Source: an uncultured Oscillospiraceae bacterium
GTDB lineage: Bacteria; Bacillota; Clostridia; Oscillospirales; Butyricicoccaceae
Assembly (NCBI GenBank): GCA_964582395.1
Contig: CAZOSH010000001.1
Location: forward strand, 1 to 24,619
Direction: 5' to 3'
DNA: 24,619 nt
Shown piece by piece: positions 6,249 to 15,295 of the stretch. Position 1 is the stretch's first letter, and each line of letters begins with the position of its first letter. Both the position numbers and the translations under genes were made by a program. The notes beneath the pieces are model-generated. The model searched no databases, was not told the origin of the DNA, and was given only the letters and a program-made list of their open reading frames with translations.

Positions 6249-9200
6249 ATGGCAAAATACCTTATTACATTAAGCATACTTATGGCGGCGGTCATTCTGC
6301 TTCGCGCCGTTTTCAAAAACAAGCTGTCCGCAAGGCTTGTCTATGCTCTGTGGCTTGTTGTGCTGATAAAAATGTGTCTGCCCTTTTCACTTTTTGAATT
6401 GGAGCTTGATCTGCCCGAAGGTATGAACTTTCTTTCAGCCGAGCAGCCCTCCGTATCTCAGCCCGATAACTCTGTGGTTTTGCCCGATGAGCCCAGTGCA
6501 GATATACCCGAAGTGACTCTGCCCAATCAGGGCGGCACTTTGGTTGACCCCAACGGCCCCACCGAGCCCCAAAATCCCGAAATAAACACAGACCCCGATG
6601 TGGGCGGAACAGTTCCTTCTGTGCCCGAGGGACCCGATAACCTTGACGATCCCGCAGAGCCTGACACCCCCGAGCTGCCCACACCCTCACTTCCTCAGAC
6701 CCCCCAAGACACTCAAAGCCCCGATCAGTCGGTTATAGTCAATAAGCCCGATGTCCAAACGGGAACGCAGACAAAAACAGCGGTCAGCCTTCCCGATGTT
6801 TTGAATGCTGTCTGGCTTTGCGGCGCTTGCGCTCTTGGACTGTGGTTTGCAGTGACGGGAATCATATATTTTGTCAGTCTGCGCCGCGGCAGAGTTTTCA
6901 TCGAAGGAATCGGCAAGTATAGTGTATATCTTGCCCCCAATGCCGATACTCCCTGCCTTGCAGGTAAAAGCATATATCTGACACCTGAGGCAAACTCCGA
7001 TATCCGCCGTCACCTTGCCATTGAGCACGAGCTTGTTCATCTGCATCACGGCGACCATATCTGGAGCGTAGTGAGAATTGTCGCCCTTTGCGTTTTTTGG
7101 TGGAATCCACTTATGTGGGTATCGGTAATACTTTCAAGACAAGACAGTGAGCTCGCCTGCGACGAAGCGGTTATGGAAAGAATATCCGAAGATGAGCGCA
7201 TCCCCTATGCCCGTCTTATTGTGGATATGGTTCCCAAAAAGAAGCTTTATGCGGTAGGTCTCAGCGGAGGAAGCCTTAAAAAATGCATAGTTGCCCTGAC
7301 CACAAGGCATAAAAGGCATATCGTTACCGCAATTTGCGTTGTGCTTGCAGTGGTATTTATTACGGGCTGCACATTGATAGGCGTAAGCGATAAAAAGGAT
7401 TCCGACGGTATCAACAAGCCTGCCGAGCCGAATACCCCTGATCTCCCAACCCCGGGCGTTGGCACTAACGGTCAGCAGACCTTGGAAGAGCCGCCCGTAA
7501 ACCCCGACGGACCCGATTCACCCACCGACCCTGACGACCCCAACAAGCCTGCCGAGCCTAATACTCCCGATCTGCCCACCCCGTCGCTGCCGCAGATCGA
7601 CGATCAGCAACCGCCCGCAGATAATAACACAATTATAAACGTTGGCGAATATTCAATAACCTACGGCAAGCTGAAAGAGGATATTGAAAAAATTGAAAAC
7701 TGGTTCCGTTTCTCCGCCTACGCAGATCTGCCTGCAGGAGAGTTTTCCTTCGCAAATCCATCGGAATTGGGAGACCGCGGTCTGCTGATAGCATATTTTG
7801 CCTTGGCTCAGGAGCACGATCTGCAGAAAAATGCCGACGGCACCTATAAGCTTGATGAAGAAAGCATAAAAGCCGTTTTGGACAGGCATTTTAAGAATTA
7901 TAAGTTTAAGCTTACCGAAACTGCCGATGCCGTCAAAAAGATCACCGATGAAACCTATGAAAAGTATGCTCACAACTACGACATAAAAATATACGGTGTA
8001 ACCGTCAGCGGAAACCACCTTTCCTTTACTGCCGAGTTTGAGACCTATGCCTGCATAAAAAAGACTTATACTCTCGAGTTTTATAACCGAGGTTACCGCT
8101 TTGTTTCGGCAACCGATGACCTGACCCACTCCGTTTTTACCGATGAGGAACAGGAACGATTAATAGGCTTGTTAAAGGGTTATGATTATTATTGGACCTT
8201 GGGCGACAGGGATCAAAATGAAGCTTTAAGGGGATATCTTTCTTCAAAGGGTCTTAAATACAGTCCCTCGGAGATGATGTTTGCCCTTGTGGATCTGACC
8301 AATGATAAAAAGCCTGAAATTATGGTCACCCTGCCCGATTGGCAGAGCAACGGCGCGCTGATATTTGAGTTTAAAGACGACAATGTAAACGTTAATGCTT
8401 ATGAAATAAGCCATGTCGATTGGTCGGATGTCCGAGTCAACGGTACGGCTTCAATCCAAAATGGTGACCTGCCCGCCCGCGTATCAGCCGATATCAGAGG
8501 TGGCGTGCTGACAACAAAAAAGGTCACATCCATAGAATACGACCTTAAGACAACCACCCATAGGTATATGGTAGGGATTCAAACAGTCACCACCGATGAG
8601 TACAAAGAGGAAGAGGAGCTTTATAACAAAGCGCCCCGCGTGGCTTTTTACGCTCTTACCGAAGAAAATATCATCAAGGCGATAAACGGTGTTGATCCTG
8701 TCTCCGAAACGGTCACAGCCTCCACTACAGCGGTAAACCTCTTTGCTCACTACGGCAGACTTTATAATCAATGGGCAGAGCAGACGAATGCTCAGTGTGC
8801 TCCCGACTTTGATGCAGAGCAGCTTGGCAGAGACGCGACCCCCGAGGGAGAGGTATACTATTTCTACAGCCGAATGGCACTTGAAGATGAGTATATGATA
8901 TTCACATCTCAAAGCGCATCAAGAGGCAAGGTGATAATTCCCTGTATCAATAAAAACGGCTTCACCCGCAACCTGGAGCTGACAGTTCCCAATGAATACC
9001 CCTACACCGCAATAAATCCCATTCTCTATGTAAGCGGTGGCGGCAGCGGTGAGTTTGGTGTGATACTGCAGCTGATAAACGGCGATGGGGTCACCTATCT
9101 CCGCTATGATAATTTCATAAATGGATTTGATCAGCGGCAATGGGATAAGCTTGAGTGCGTAGGCTTGTGGACTTTGCCTGAAAACCACTTTGAAACCGTC

Positions 9201-11027
9201 TACGGTCAGGCTATAAAGGAAATGTCAGCAAAACGGCTTGCAGAATACACCCCCGATGATTTTGAGAGTATTATTGAAGGGGGAGAAAATAAGAATATTA
9301 TGGTTGCCCGTGCCGACGGAACTGTCTGGGGCGGAAATGTGGGAGCAGAGTTTACCTTCAAGGTTTTGTGTAATCTCATTCCCAAGCAGCTTAGAGCTGT
9401 CTATAGTATAATGTATGCTTGGGGCGAAGACGGAACCTTCTACCGCTCCGACGGATATGTTATTACCGATGTTGTGGAGATCAAAAACCGGACCACCGTC
9501 ACAAAGTCCGACGGCAGTGTCTGGACTTGGAAAAGCACATCGGGCGGCTATTCCGCGCCCACCCTTGTGCAGCAGAGCGATAATACCTCTGATATCCCCA
9601 GCACCTACGTTCTTGACCAAGAGGGAAATTATTGGAAAAACGGCAAGCTGCTCCTGCAGAATGTCAAGGCTACGGCGGATTTGTTGTTCTTGACAGAGAA
9701 CGGTGTTGTATGGAGGAGCAATAGCGGAGGTTTGTTGCCCGTACTGGATAATGTCGGTGAGATAATTTATATGCCCATGCTTGTCCACGGAACGGCAATT
9801 ACCAACGACAGTGAGTTGTGGGTATTCCCCTGGCACTTTGAGCCCCTTCGTGAAGGCTATCCCATAAAGATACACGACGATGCAAAGACGGTATATAAGC
9901 ATCAACTTAGCGACTTTGTTGTTATTGATAACGATGACAATATGTGGTATCTGCCCGAAACCTATATCAAAGAAACAGAGAGCTACACCTACCCTGCCGA
10001 AATGGTGGCAACCGATGTAAAATGGGTGGTCTCAAGCTATCTTCATCAGGTATTTGAGGGATCTATACATTCCGCAAATTACTATATTGACAGTCAAAAC
10101 AGACTGTGGAAAGTAGATTTTGAAACCAAGCAAAAGACTCTTATCGCCACCGAGGTCTTAACGGCAAGAGTGATCGGCAAGAACAACGAGGCGGAAAGCG
10201 TTATCTATCTTCGCGCCGACGGCATACTGTGGCAGGATGATAATATATTACTTACCGATGTGAGAATGCCCGAGCCTTCCGCCAATGAGCCGGCTCCTCC
10301 CGAAAAGGTCTACGAAAGACCTACCCCCAAGACCGACAGCGATCTTGCGGTGGACAACCTATCTCTCAAGCAGGAGCTTTTGTCCCTCGTAAGCGAAGGC
10401 AGGCTGACCGACGGAACCCATACTGTTGAGGTAATGGGACTGTCCGAAACGGTTATTCTTACAGTTAAGGATAAAAAAATAGTCTCCGTTTCTGCAAAAG
10501 GTCAGAATGTTGAGCTGACCAAACAACCCGACTTGACCGATACGGCCAAATATTCTGCCAATGACAGCGTTATGATATTTTTTGAATATGATAATATGCT
10601 GATCTTCCAGAATATGCGCGGAGTCCCGGAAGGATTATATTACAGAGGAGATTACTTGATACTTTATGAAGGCGGAAGCAAAGAGATGCTTTCCGATGAA
10701 TCGATCGCAGGGCATTCGGTATATCTTTTCATCAGTCTCTACAACGACGGAGGATTGATCTATCGCAGAATGCCCAATAGGATGCTGCGTTACGATCCGC
10801 TGGTGTTCAGCCTCGACGACGAAAAAGAGGTGGAAGAGGTTTATCTATACCTTAAAGGTGGCGAGCTTAAAGAGCAAGCAGTTCAAAACTCAATCTTTCA
10901 CCTTACTGCCGAAACTACCTATAACAGGAGGTATAAGGAAATCTATCCCACTATGGAGGATTGGTTTGCCGCCTGCAAAAAGGAATACGATGAGGCTCTG
11001 AAAGCAGAAAACACCCCCGCAAGCTGA
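6249..11027 (+). CDS. Giant BlaR1/MecR1-like M56 metallopeptidase signal transducer with multi-domain ectodomain
   Basis: N-terminal TM helices (YALWLVVLIK), HELVH zinc motif at 7026, WWNPLMW and ELACDE. Starts 1 nt after the blaI-like stop. About 1200 aa follow the last hydrophobic helix. Confidence 0.92.
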   Translation: MAKYLITLSILMAAVILLRAVFKNKLSARLVYALWLVVLIKMCLPFSLFELELDLPEGMNFLSAEQPSVSQPDNSVVLPDEPSADIPEVTLPNQGGTLVDPNGPTEPQNPEINTDPDVGGTVPSVPEGPDNLDDPAEPDTPELPTPSLPQTPQDTQSPDQSVIVNKPDVQTGTQTKTAVSLPDVLNAVWLCGACALGLWFAVTGIIYFVSLRRGRVFIEGIGKYSVYLAPNADTPCLAGKSIYLTPEANSDIRRHLAIEHELVHLHHGDHIWSVVRIVALCVFWWNPLMWVSVILSRQDSELACDEAVMERISEDERIPYARLIVDMVPKKKLYAVGLSGGSLKKCIVALTTRHKRHIVTAICVVLAVVFITGCTLIGVSDKKDSDGINKPAEPNTPDLPTPGVGTNGQQTLEEPPVNPDGPDSPTDPDDPNKPAEPNTPDLPTPSLPQIDDQQPPADNNTIINVGEYSITYGKLKEDIEKIENWFRFSAYADLPAGEFSFANPSELGDRGLLIAYFALAQEHDLQKNADGTYKLDEESIKAVLDRHFKNYKFKLTETADAVKKITDETYEKYAHNYDIKIYGVTVSGNHLSFTAEFETYACIKKTYTLEFYNRGYRFVSATDDLTHSVFTDEEQERLIGLLKGYDYYWTLGDRDQNEALRGYLSSKGLKYSPSEMMFALVDLTNDKKPEIMVTLPDWQSNGALIFEFKDDNVNVNAYEISHVDWSDVRVNGTASIQNGDLPARVSADIRGGVLTTKKVTSIEYDLKTTTHRYMVGIQTVTTDEYKEEEELYNKAPRVAFYALTEENIIKAINGVDPVSETVTASTTAVNLFAHYGRLYNQWAEQTNAQCAPDFDAEQLGRDATPEGEVYYFYSRMALEDEYMIFTSQSASRGKVIIPCINKNGFTRNLELTVPNEYPYTAINPILYVSGGGSGEFGVILQLINGDGVTYLRYDNFINGFDQRQWDKLECVGLWTLPENHFETVYGQAIKEMSAKRLAEYTPDDFESIIEGGENKNIMVARADGTVWGGNVGAEFTFKVLCNLIPKQLRAVYSIMYAWGEDGTFYRSDGYVITDVVEIKNRTTVTKSDGSVWTWKSTSGGYSAPTLVQQSDNTSDIPSTYVLDQEGNYWKNGKLLLQNVKATADLLFLTENGVVWRSNSGGLLPVLDNVGEIIYMPMLVHGTAITNDSELWVFPWHFEPLREGYPIKIHDDAKTVYKHQLSDFVVIDNDDNMWYLPETYIKETESYTYPAEMVATDVKWVVSSYLHQVFEGSIHSANYYIDSQNRLWKVDFETKQKTLIATEVLTARVIGKNNEAESVIYLRADGILWQDDNILLTDVRMPEPSANEPAPPEKVYERPTPKTDSDLAVDNLSLKQELLSLVSEGRLTDGTHTVEVMGLSETVILTVKDKKIVSVSAKGQNVELTKQPDLTDTAKYSANDSVMIFFEYDNMLIFQNMRGVPEGLYYRGDYLILYEGGSKEMLSDESIAGHSVYLFISLYNDGGLIYRRMPNRMLRYDPLVFSLDDEKEVEEVYLYLKGGELKEQAVQNSIFHLTAETTYNRRYKEIYPTMEDWFAACKKEYDEALKAENTPAS

Positions 11028-11038
11028 AAGACTATAAC

Positions 11039-11075
11039 AAAAAGCGATTACCTGATAGCAGGTAATCGCTTTTTT
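11039..11075. terminator. Bidirectional intrinsic terminator
   Basis: aaaaagcgattacctg-atag-caggtaatcgcttttt between convergent genes. Confidence 0.85.
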
Positions 11076-11081
11076 AATGAA

Positions 11082-11162
11082 TTACGCTTTCAGCGTACGC
11101 AGTACATTTAGCTTTTAGCTACGGCAAAGCCGTAATTTAGCTGCCGAAGGCAATTTAGCTTT
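11082..11162. repeat. Mini-hairpin array with atttagct spacers
   Basis: tacgc-tttca-gcgta, tacggc-aaa-gccgta and tgcc-gaa-ggca separated by repeated (a)tttagct. Confidence 0.5.
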
Positions 11163-11163
11163 C

Positions 11164-11367
11164 TCAGCTTTTAGGGGTTATCTTTTCCTTTGTTCCGTCG
11201 GGGCGGACGATGACCGTGTTGTCCAAAGTTGCACGCAGATTGCCCACATAGGCATCAATATATTCGCGGCGAAGCACAGCTCTTTCCTGCTGCTCCTCCT
11301 CGGTCAGCTCACGCTCTTTTGCAGCTCGTGCCAGCTCATTTATTCTGTCTATTTTCTTCTGATCCAT
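11164..11367 (-). CDS. DUF896 / YnzC family small protein
   Basis: IDRINELA...LTEEEQQERAVLRREYI signature. Confidence 0.9.
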   Translation of the reverse strand: MDQKKIDRINELARAAKERELTEEEQQERAVLRREYIDAYVGNLRATLDNTVIVRPDGTKEKITPKS

Positions 11368-11369
11368 CT

Positions 11370-12704
11370 TTATTCTCCCGATACTTTTATTCCCTTGGGT
11401 ATATACAGGCTGGGGCTTGCCATCACACTGCCGATGGGCAGATTGAAGAAGGTGTCATTTCCAACCTTTTCTATATCACAAAGCATTCTGTTAAAATTAC
11501 CCGCAATAATGATTTGATCTACGGGGGCGGTGACCTTTCCGCCCTCCACCTTAAAGCCGCTTGCCATAAGGCTAAAATCACCGGTCACGGGCTGTGCGCC
11601 TGCGTGCTGACCTGCAATTTCACAGATAAGCAGACCGTCGCCCATTTCACGGAGCATCATTTCGAGCGATGTGTCGCCCTCTTTTAGTATGAAGTTGGAG
11701 GGAGCAACACCGATTCCCGAGGCAGTGCCCGCTCTGCCCGCGTTGGAGGTGGACTTGACACCCGCCTTCTTTGCGGTCTTCAGGTTGTGGAGCAGTGATA
11801 TAAACTTGCCCTTGTGGATAACGGGGGTGACCACGCTTGCCACGCCCTCATCGTCAAAGGGACGGGGGCTGTATTTGTGCAGGGGGTCGTCGGTTATGGA
11901 AACGCAGGGTGCGGCAATCATTGTGCCTTCCTTGCCGGCTAAGGGAGAAAGTCCCTTTTGAGCCGCTTCCGCAGAAAACTGTGAGCAGAAAATGCCCAGC
12001 ATATCGGTTGCCACCTTGCTCTGCAGAATTATCTTATAATCCCCGCCTGCCACGGGTTTTGCGCCCAGCTTGGAGATTGCCATAGCGGTTGCGGTCTTCG
12101 CAAGCACCTTACTGTTTCGGGCATCGGCGCCGCTGAGATATGCAAAGCTGTCGCGCACCTCGTCACCCTCCCTTACAATGGGGCTGATAGCGGTGAAAAA
12201 TGCACTCTTGGTATATGCGGAGTTTTGTCCCAATGTATTACAGATAAGTGTGGTCTGCTTAAAGGTGCTTGCGCCGTTGTAATCCATACGCAATACACGC
12301 TTGTCGCTTTCTAAAGCGTATTTCTCCGCATCGAGAGCTAACGATATAAGGTCGCCCGGCGACATCATTTCTGCCGTCAGGTCAACATCGGGCATATCAT
12401 ACATATCAACGCTCTCACTGCACCAGGGATGCTCGTCGGCAGTGGAGAAAAGGGCATTGTCCATAGCCTTTAAAACTGCTTTTTCGGGGTTATCAAAGCT
12501 TTCGGTGTAATAATAGCCGTCCCTGCCCTGATATTTAACACGGAGGTTTGCGCCCGTGGTGTGGCTGTAGTCGTAGCTGTCCACCTTGCCCTCAAGCACC
12601 TTGACAGAGGTCTCTTCGCTGTCCTGCATAAACAGCTCGGCGCTTTCGCAGCCTTTTTCCAAGGCTATTTTAAACGCTTGTGCGCGGAAATCGTCAAATC
12701 TCAT
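11370..12704 (-). CDS. pmbA: TldD/PmbA family protein, PmbA(TldE)-like subunit
   Basis: PFDDEGV and VTGDFSL motifs, no HExxxH. Overlaps the tldD stop codon. Confidence 0.88.
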   Translation of the reverse strand: MRFDDFRAQAFKIALEKGCESAELFMQDSEETSVKVLEGKVDSYDYSHTTGANLRVKYQGRDGYYYTESFDNPEKAVLKAMDNALFSTADEHPWCSESVDMYDMPDVDLTAEMMSPGDLISLALDAEKYALESDKRVLRMDYNGASTFKQTTLICNTLGQNSAYTKSAFFTAISPIVREGDEVRDSFAYLSGADARNSKVLAKTATAMAISKLGAKPVAGGDYKIILQSKVATDMLGIFCSQFSAEAAQKGLSPLAGKEGTMIAAPCVSITDDPLHKYSPRPFDDEGVASVVTPVIHKGKFISLLHNLKTAKKAGVKSTSNAGRAGTASGIGVAPSNFILKEGDTSLEMMLREMGDGLLICEIAGQHAGAQPVTGDFSLMASGFKVEGGKVTAPVDQIIIAGNFNRMLCDIEKVGNDTFFNLPIGSVMASPSLYIPKGIKVSGE

Positions 12705-14086
12705 AATGCACCGCCCTTTCCGCCAACGGTAAGCTGACCGATCCTGATTCTGGGCTGACCCACATTGGTGGGAACATCACCGCTGACCGAGCCGCAGACA
12801 CCTGCCGCAAGCTCGAGATTCTTGCCCACGCGGTCAATGCCCATCAGCACCTCGCTGCCCTTGCCGATAAGTGATGCGCCGCGGACAGGGCAAAGTATCT
12901 TGCCGTCCTTGACCCAATAGCCCTCGTTGACCGCAAAGTTGAACTCGCCCGTCAGTGGGTTGACGCTTCCGCCGCCCATAGTCTTGGCATAAAGACCTGT
13001 GCCCAGGGTGGATATCATTTCTTGGTCGTCATCCTCACCGGGAGCAATAAAGGTGTTTGTCATTCTTGAAGTGGGAGCATAGGTATAATCCTGACGTCTG
13101 CCGTTGCCCGAACGGGCGATTCCCATTCGTCGCGCACCTATCATATCGCTCATATAGCCTCTAAGTATTCCTTTTTCAATCAGAACATTGCGTTGTGTGG
13201 GGTGTCCCTCATCGTCGATGGAAAGGGTTCCCCACTCACCGGGAATAGTGCCGTCGTCAATGGCGGTGACCTTTTCGCTTGCTATCTGCTGACCGACCTT
13301 GCCGCAGAACTCACTGTTTCCGCGGGAAACGGCGGTAGTCTCCAAGGAATGACCGCAAGCCTCGTGGAAAACCACACCGCCAAAACCACCGTCGATAACA
13401 ACGGGGAACCTGCCCGAAGGACATTCGGGGGCGGTAAGCAGAGTGATTGCCGTCTCTGCCGCGCTTTTGCCCAGAGCCGCAACATCTATTTTGTCAAAAA
13501 GCTCATAGCCGCAACCCTTACCGGGTGAAGCCATACCTGTCTGTGTATCGCTTCCGTCGCGGGCAATAGCCTGAACGCGGATTCGGGTGTTTGCCCGTCT
13601 GTCGGAGGAGAAAAGCCCCTCACTGTTGCAGATAAGCACCCGCTGATCGGTGTCGGAAATAACCGCCTTTACCTGAGAAATGCGGCTGTCCACACCTTTT
13701 GCGGCAAGATGGGCTTGCCTGAGTAGGTCGGCACGCAGGGTATTGTTTACCGAGGCGGCATCCTTTTCTATCTTTGCGGAAAAGGCCTTCACCTCAAATG
13801 CCAACGCCTCCACCTGTTTTTCGGCATCGGTGGCATCGGCGGCAGCCTGAGCGGCGGCAAGAATATCCTTCTCGCCCAAGCCTGCAGTATAGGTATATAC
13901 ATAGTTTGTTCCCGAAACGACACGCACGCCGCAGCCCACGCGGCGACTTGAAGAAGCGTTATCGGTGTCACCGTTGAGCATAGTCAGGCTGTTGCTTTCG
14001 GTATCTTCGATAAAAAGCTCGGCAAAATCTCCACCCTTGGAGAGAGCCAAGTTCAATGCTTTAGTGGCTAAAGATTGAGTAATCAA
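12701..14086 (-). CDS. tldD: TldD metalloprotease
   Basis: GGDFAELFIE, FHEACGHSLE, DDEG, RMTNTFI. TTG start at 14086 lies 7 nt after AAGGAGA. Confidence 0.93.
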   Translation of the reverse strand: MITQSLATKALNLALSKGGDFAELFIEDTESNSLTMLNGDTDNASSSRRVGCGVRVVSGTNYVYTYTAGLGEKDILAAAQAAADATDAEKQVEALAFEVKAFSAKIEKDAASVNNTLRADLLRQAHLAAKGVDSRISQVKAVISDTDQRVLICNSEGLFSSDRRANTRIRVQAIARDGSDTQTGMASPGKGCGYELFDKIDVAALGKSAAETAITLLTAPECPSGRFPVVIDGGFGGVVFHEACGHSLETTAVSRGNSEFCGKVGQQIASEKVTAIDDGTIPGEWGTLSIDDEGHPTQRNVLIEKGILRGYMSDMIGARRMGIARSGNGRRQDYTYAPTSRMTNTFIAPGEDDDQEMISTLGTGLYAKTMGGGSVNPLTGEFNFAVNEGYWVKDGKILCPVRGASLIGKGSEVLMGIDRVGKNLELAAGVCGSVSGDVPTNVGQPRIRIGQLTVGGKGGAL

Positions 14087-14103
14087 TGTAAAATCTCCTT
14101 TTT

Positions 14104-14209
14104 GTGTTTTGGCTCTTTCGCCGTGAATACATCGTATTGTTCGCTCGCCGTACAAAAAGTACTGTCTTCGCTCACATTACTCGTCTCACGACGAAATACC
14201 TCAAAACAC
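14104..14209 (-). repeat. GTAC-hairpin element, copy 3 (extended outer stem), directly upstream of tldD
   Basis: gtgttttg/caaaacac, tttcgccgtga/tcacgacgaaa, apex gtacaaaaagtac. Confidence 0.85.
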
Positions 14210-14280
14210 CCGATTGAGAAAACAATGGATCATCCATCAATTTTCCCTGATGCAAATTATCTTCTTCGGAAAAAATCAGA

Positions 14281-14362
14281 TTTCGCGCTGAGACAACTAT
14301 TGCGAACTGTGACAGTACTCTGTGTACGGCGCAGTGAGCAATAGGCAGTATTCAGCGTGAAA
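14281..14362 (+). repeat. GTAC-hairpin element, copy 4 (opposite orientation)
   Basis: tttcgcgctga/tcagcgtgaaa, inner ctattgc/gcaatag, apex gtactctgtgtac. Confidence 0.85.
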
Positions 14363-14370
14363 GATGATTT

Positions 14371-15222
14371 TTATATTTTAGCTCTCTTTTCTGCCGACAA
14401 GACGGTGTTCTCCATCAGCATGGCTATAGTCATCGGCCCCACTCCACCGGGTACGGGGGTGATATAGCCTGCCTTTTCGGCAACCGACTCATAATCCACA
14501 TCACCCACCAGACCTTCTTCGGTGCGGTTGATGCCTACATCTATTACAATAGCGCCCTCCTTGACCATATCGGCGGTGACAAACTTGGGCTTGCCGATAG
14601 CAGCAACAAGAATATCTGCCCGCAGAGTATGCTCACGCAGATCGGCGGTCTTACTGTGGCAAATGGTGACGGTGGCATTTTCTGCAGTAAGCAGCAGAGC
14701 AATGGGCTTGCCTACGATAAGGCTTCTGCCCAAGACTACCGCATTTTTACCTGCGATATCCACGCCTGTGCTGGCAATAAGTTTCATAATTCCCTTGGGT
14801 GTGCAGGGAACAAAGCCTTCAAGGCCTGCAAAAAGTCTGCCCGAATTGACTATATGGAATCCGTCAACGTCCTTGTCGGGGTCGATCTTTTCAAGCACCT
14901 CAAGCTCGTTGATATGCTTGGGAAGGGGCAACTGAACGAGTATTCCGTCAACGCTTTCGTCGGCATTGAGCCCCTCAATAACCTCAATAAGCTCTGCCTG
15001 AGAAATGCTCTCATCAAGACGGATGACCTTGCTGTTCCATCCCAACTGTGCCGCCTTCTTTTCCTTGCTTGCAACATAGGTCATAGAAGCGGGGTTTTCA
15101 CCTACTATTATAACTGTCAGTCCGGGAATTATTCCCGCATCTGCAAGGGCGGCGGTGCGCTCCTTCAGCTCTGCGTAGGTCTCCTTTGCTATCTGCTTTC
15201 CGTTAATAGGTGTTGCACTCAT
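14371..15222 (-). CDS. folD: Bifunctional methylenetetrahydrofolate dehydrogenase/cyclohydrolase
   Basis: GILVQLPLP, KDVDGFH, PCTPKG, GRSLIVGKP, TPVPGGVGPMT. Confidence 0.97.
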   Translation of the reverse strand: MSATPINGKQIAKETYAELKERTAALADAGIIPGLTVIIVGENPASMTYVASKEKKAAQLGWNSKVIRLDESISQAELIEVIEGLNADESVDGILVQLPLPKHINELEVLEKIDPDKDVDGFHIVNSGRLFAGLEGFVPCTPKGIMKLIASTGVDIAGKNAVVLGRSLIVGKPIALLLTAENATVTICHSKTADLREHTLRADILVAAIGKPKFVTADMVKEGAIVIDVGINRTEEGLVGDVDYESVAEKAGYITPVPGGVGPMTIAMLMENTVLSAEKRAKI

Positions 15223-15260
15223 GATCCTTTTTCTCCTGTATATTAAGATATTTTATAAAC

Positions 15261-15290
15261 AAAAAACGGGAAGAGGCATCCCTCTTCCCG
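15261..15290 (-). terminator. Intrinsic terminator of murA
   Basis: Minus strand cgggaagagg-gatg-cctcttcccg-tttttt just after the murA stop. Confidence 0.8.
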
Positions 15291-15295
15291 ATCTA

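Noticed and set aside
5864..11027. Calling the locus a beta-lactam resistance (blaI-blaR1-blaZ or mec) or copper (copY) operon
   Set aside because: No beta-lactamase or PBP gene or sensor domain was recognised, and the repressor has no C-terminal CxC metal motif.
3115..11027. Module repeats as diversity-generating retroelement TR/VR pairs
   Set aside because: There is no reverse transcriptase, and the copies differ at all base types rather than only at adenines.
11370..14086. tldD/pmbA as part of a RiPP biosynthetic cluster
   Set aside because: No precursor peptide, YcaO or transporter is nearby; the context is housekeeping.
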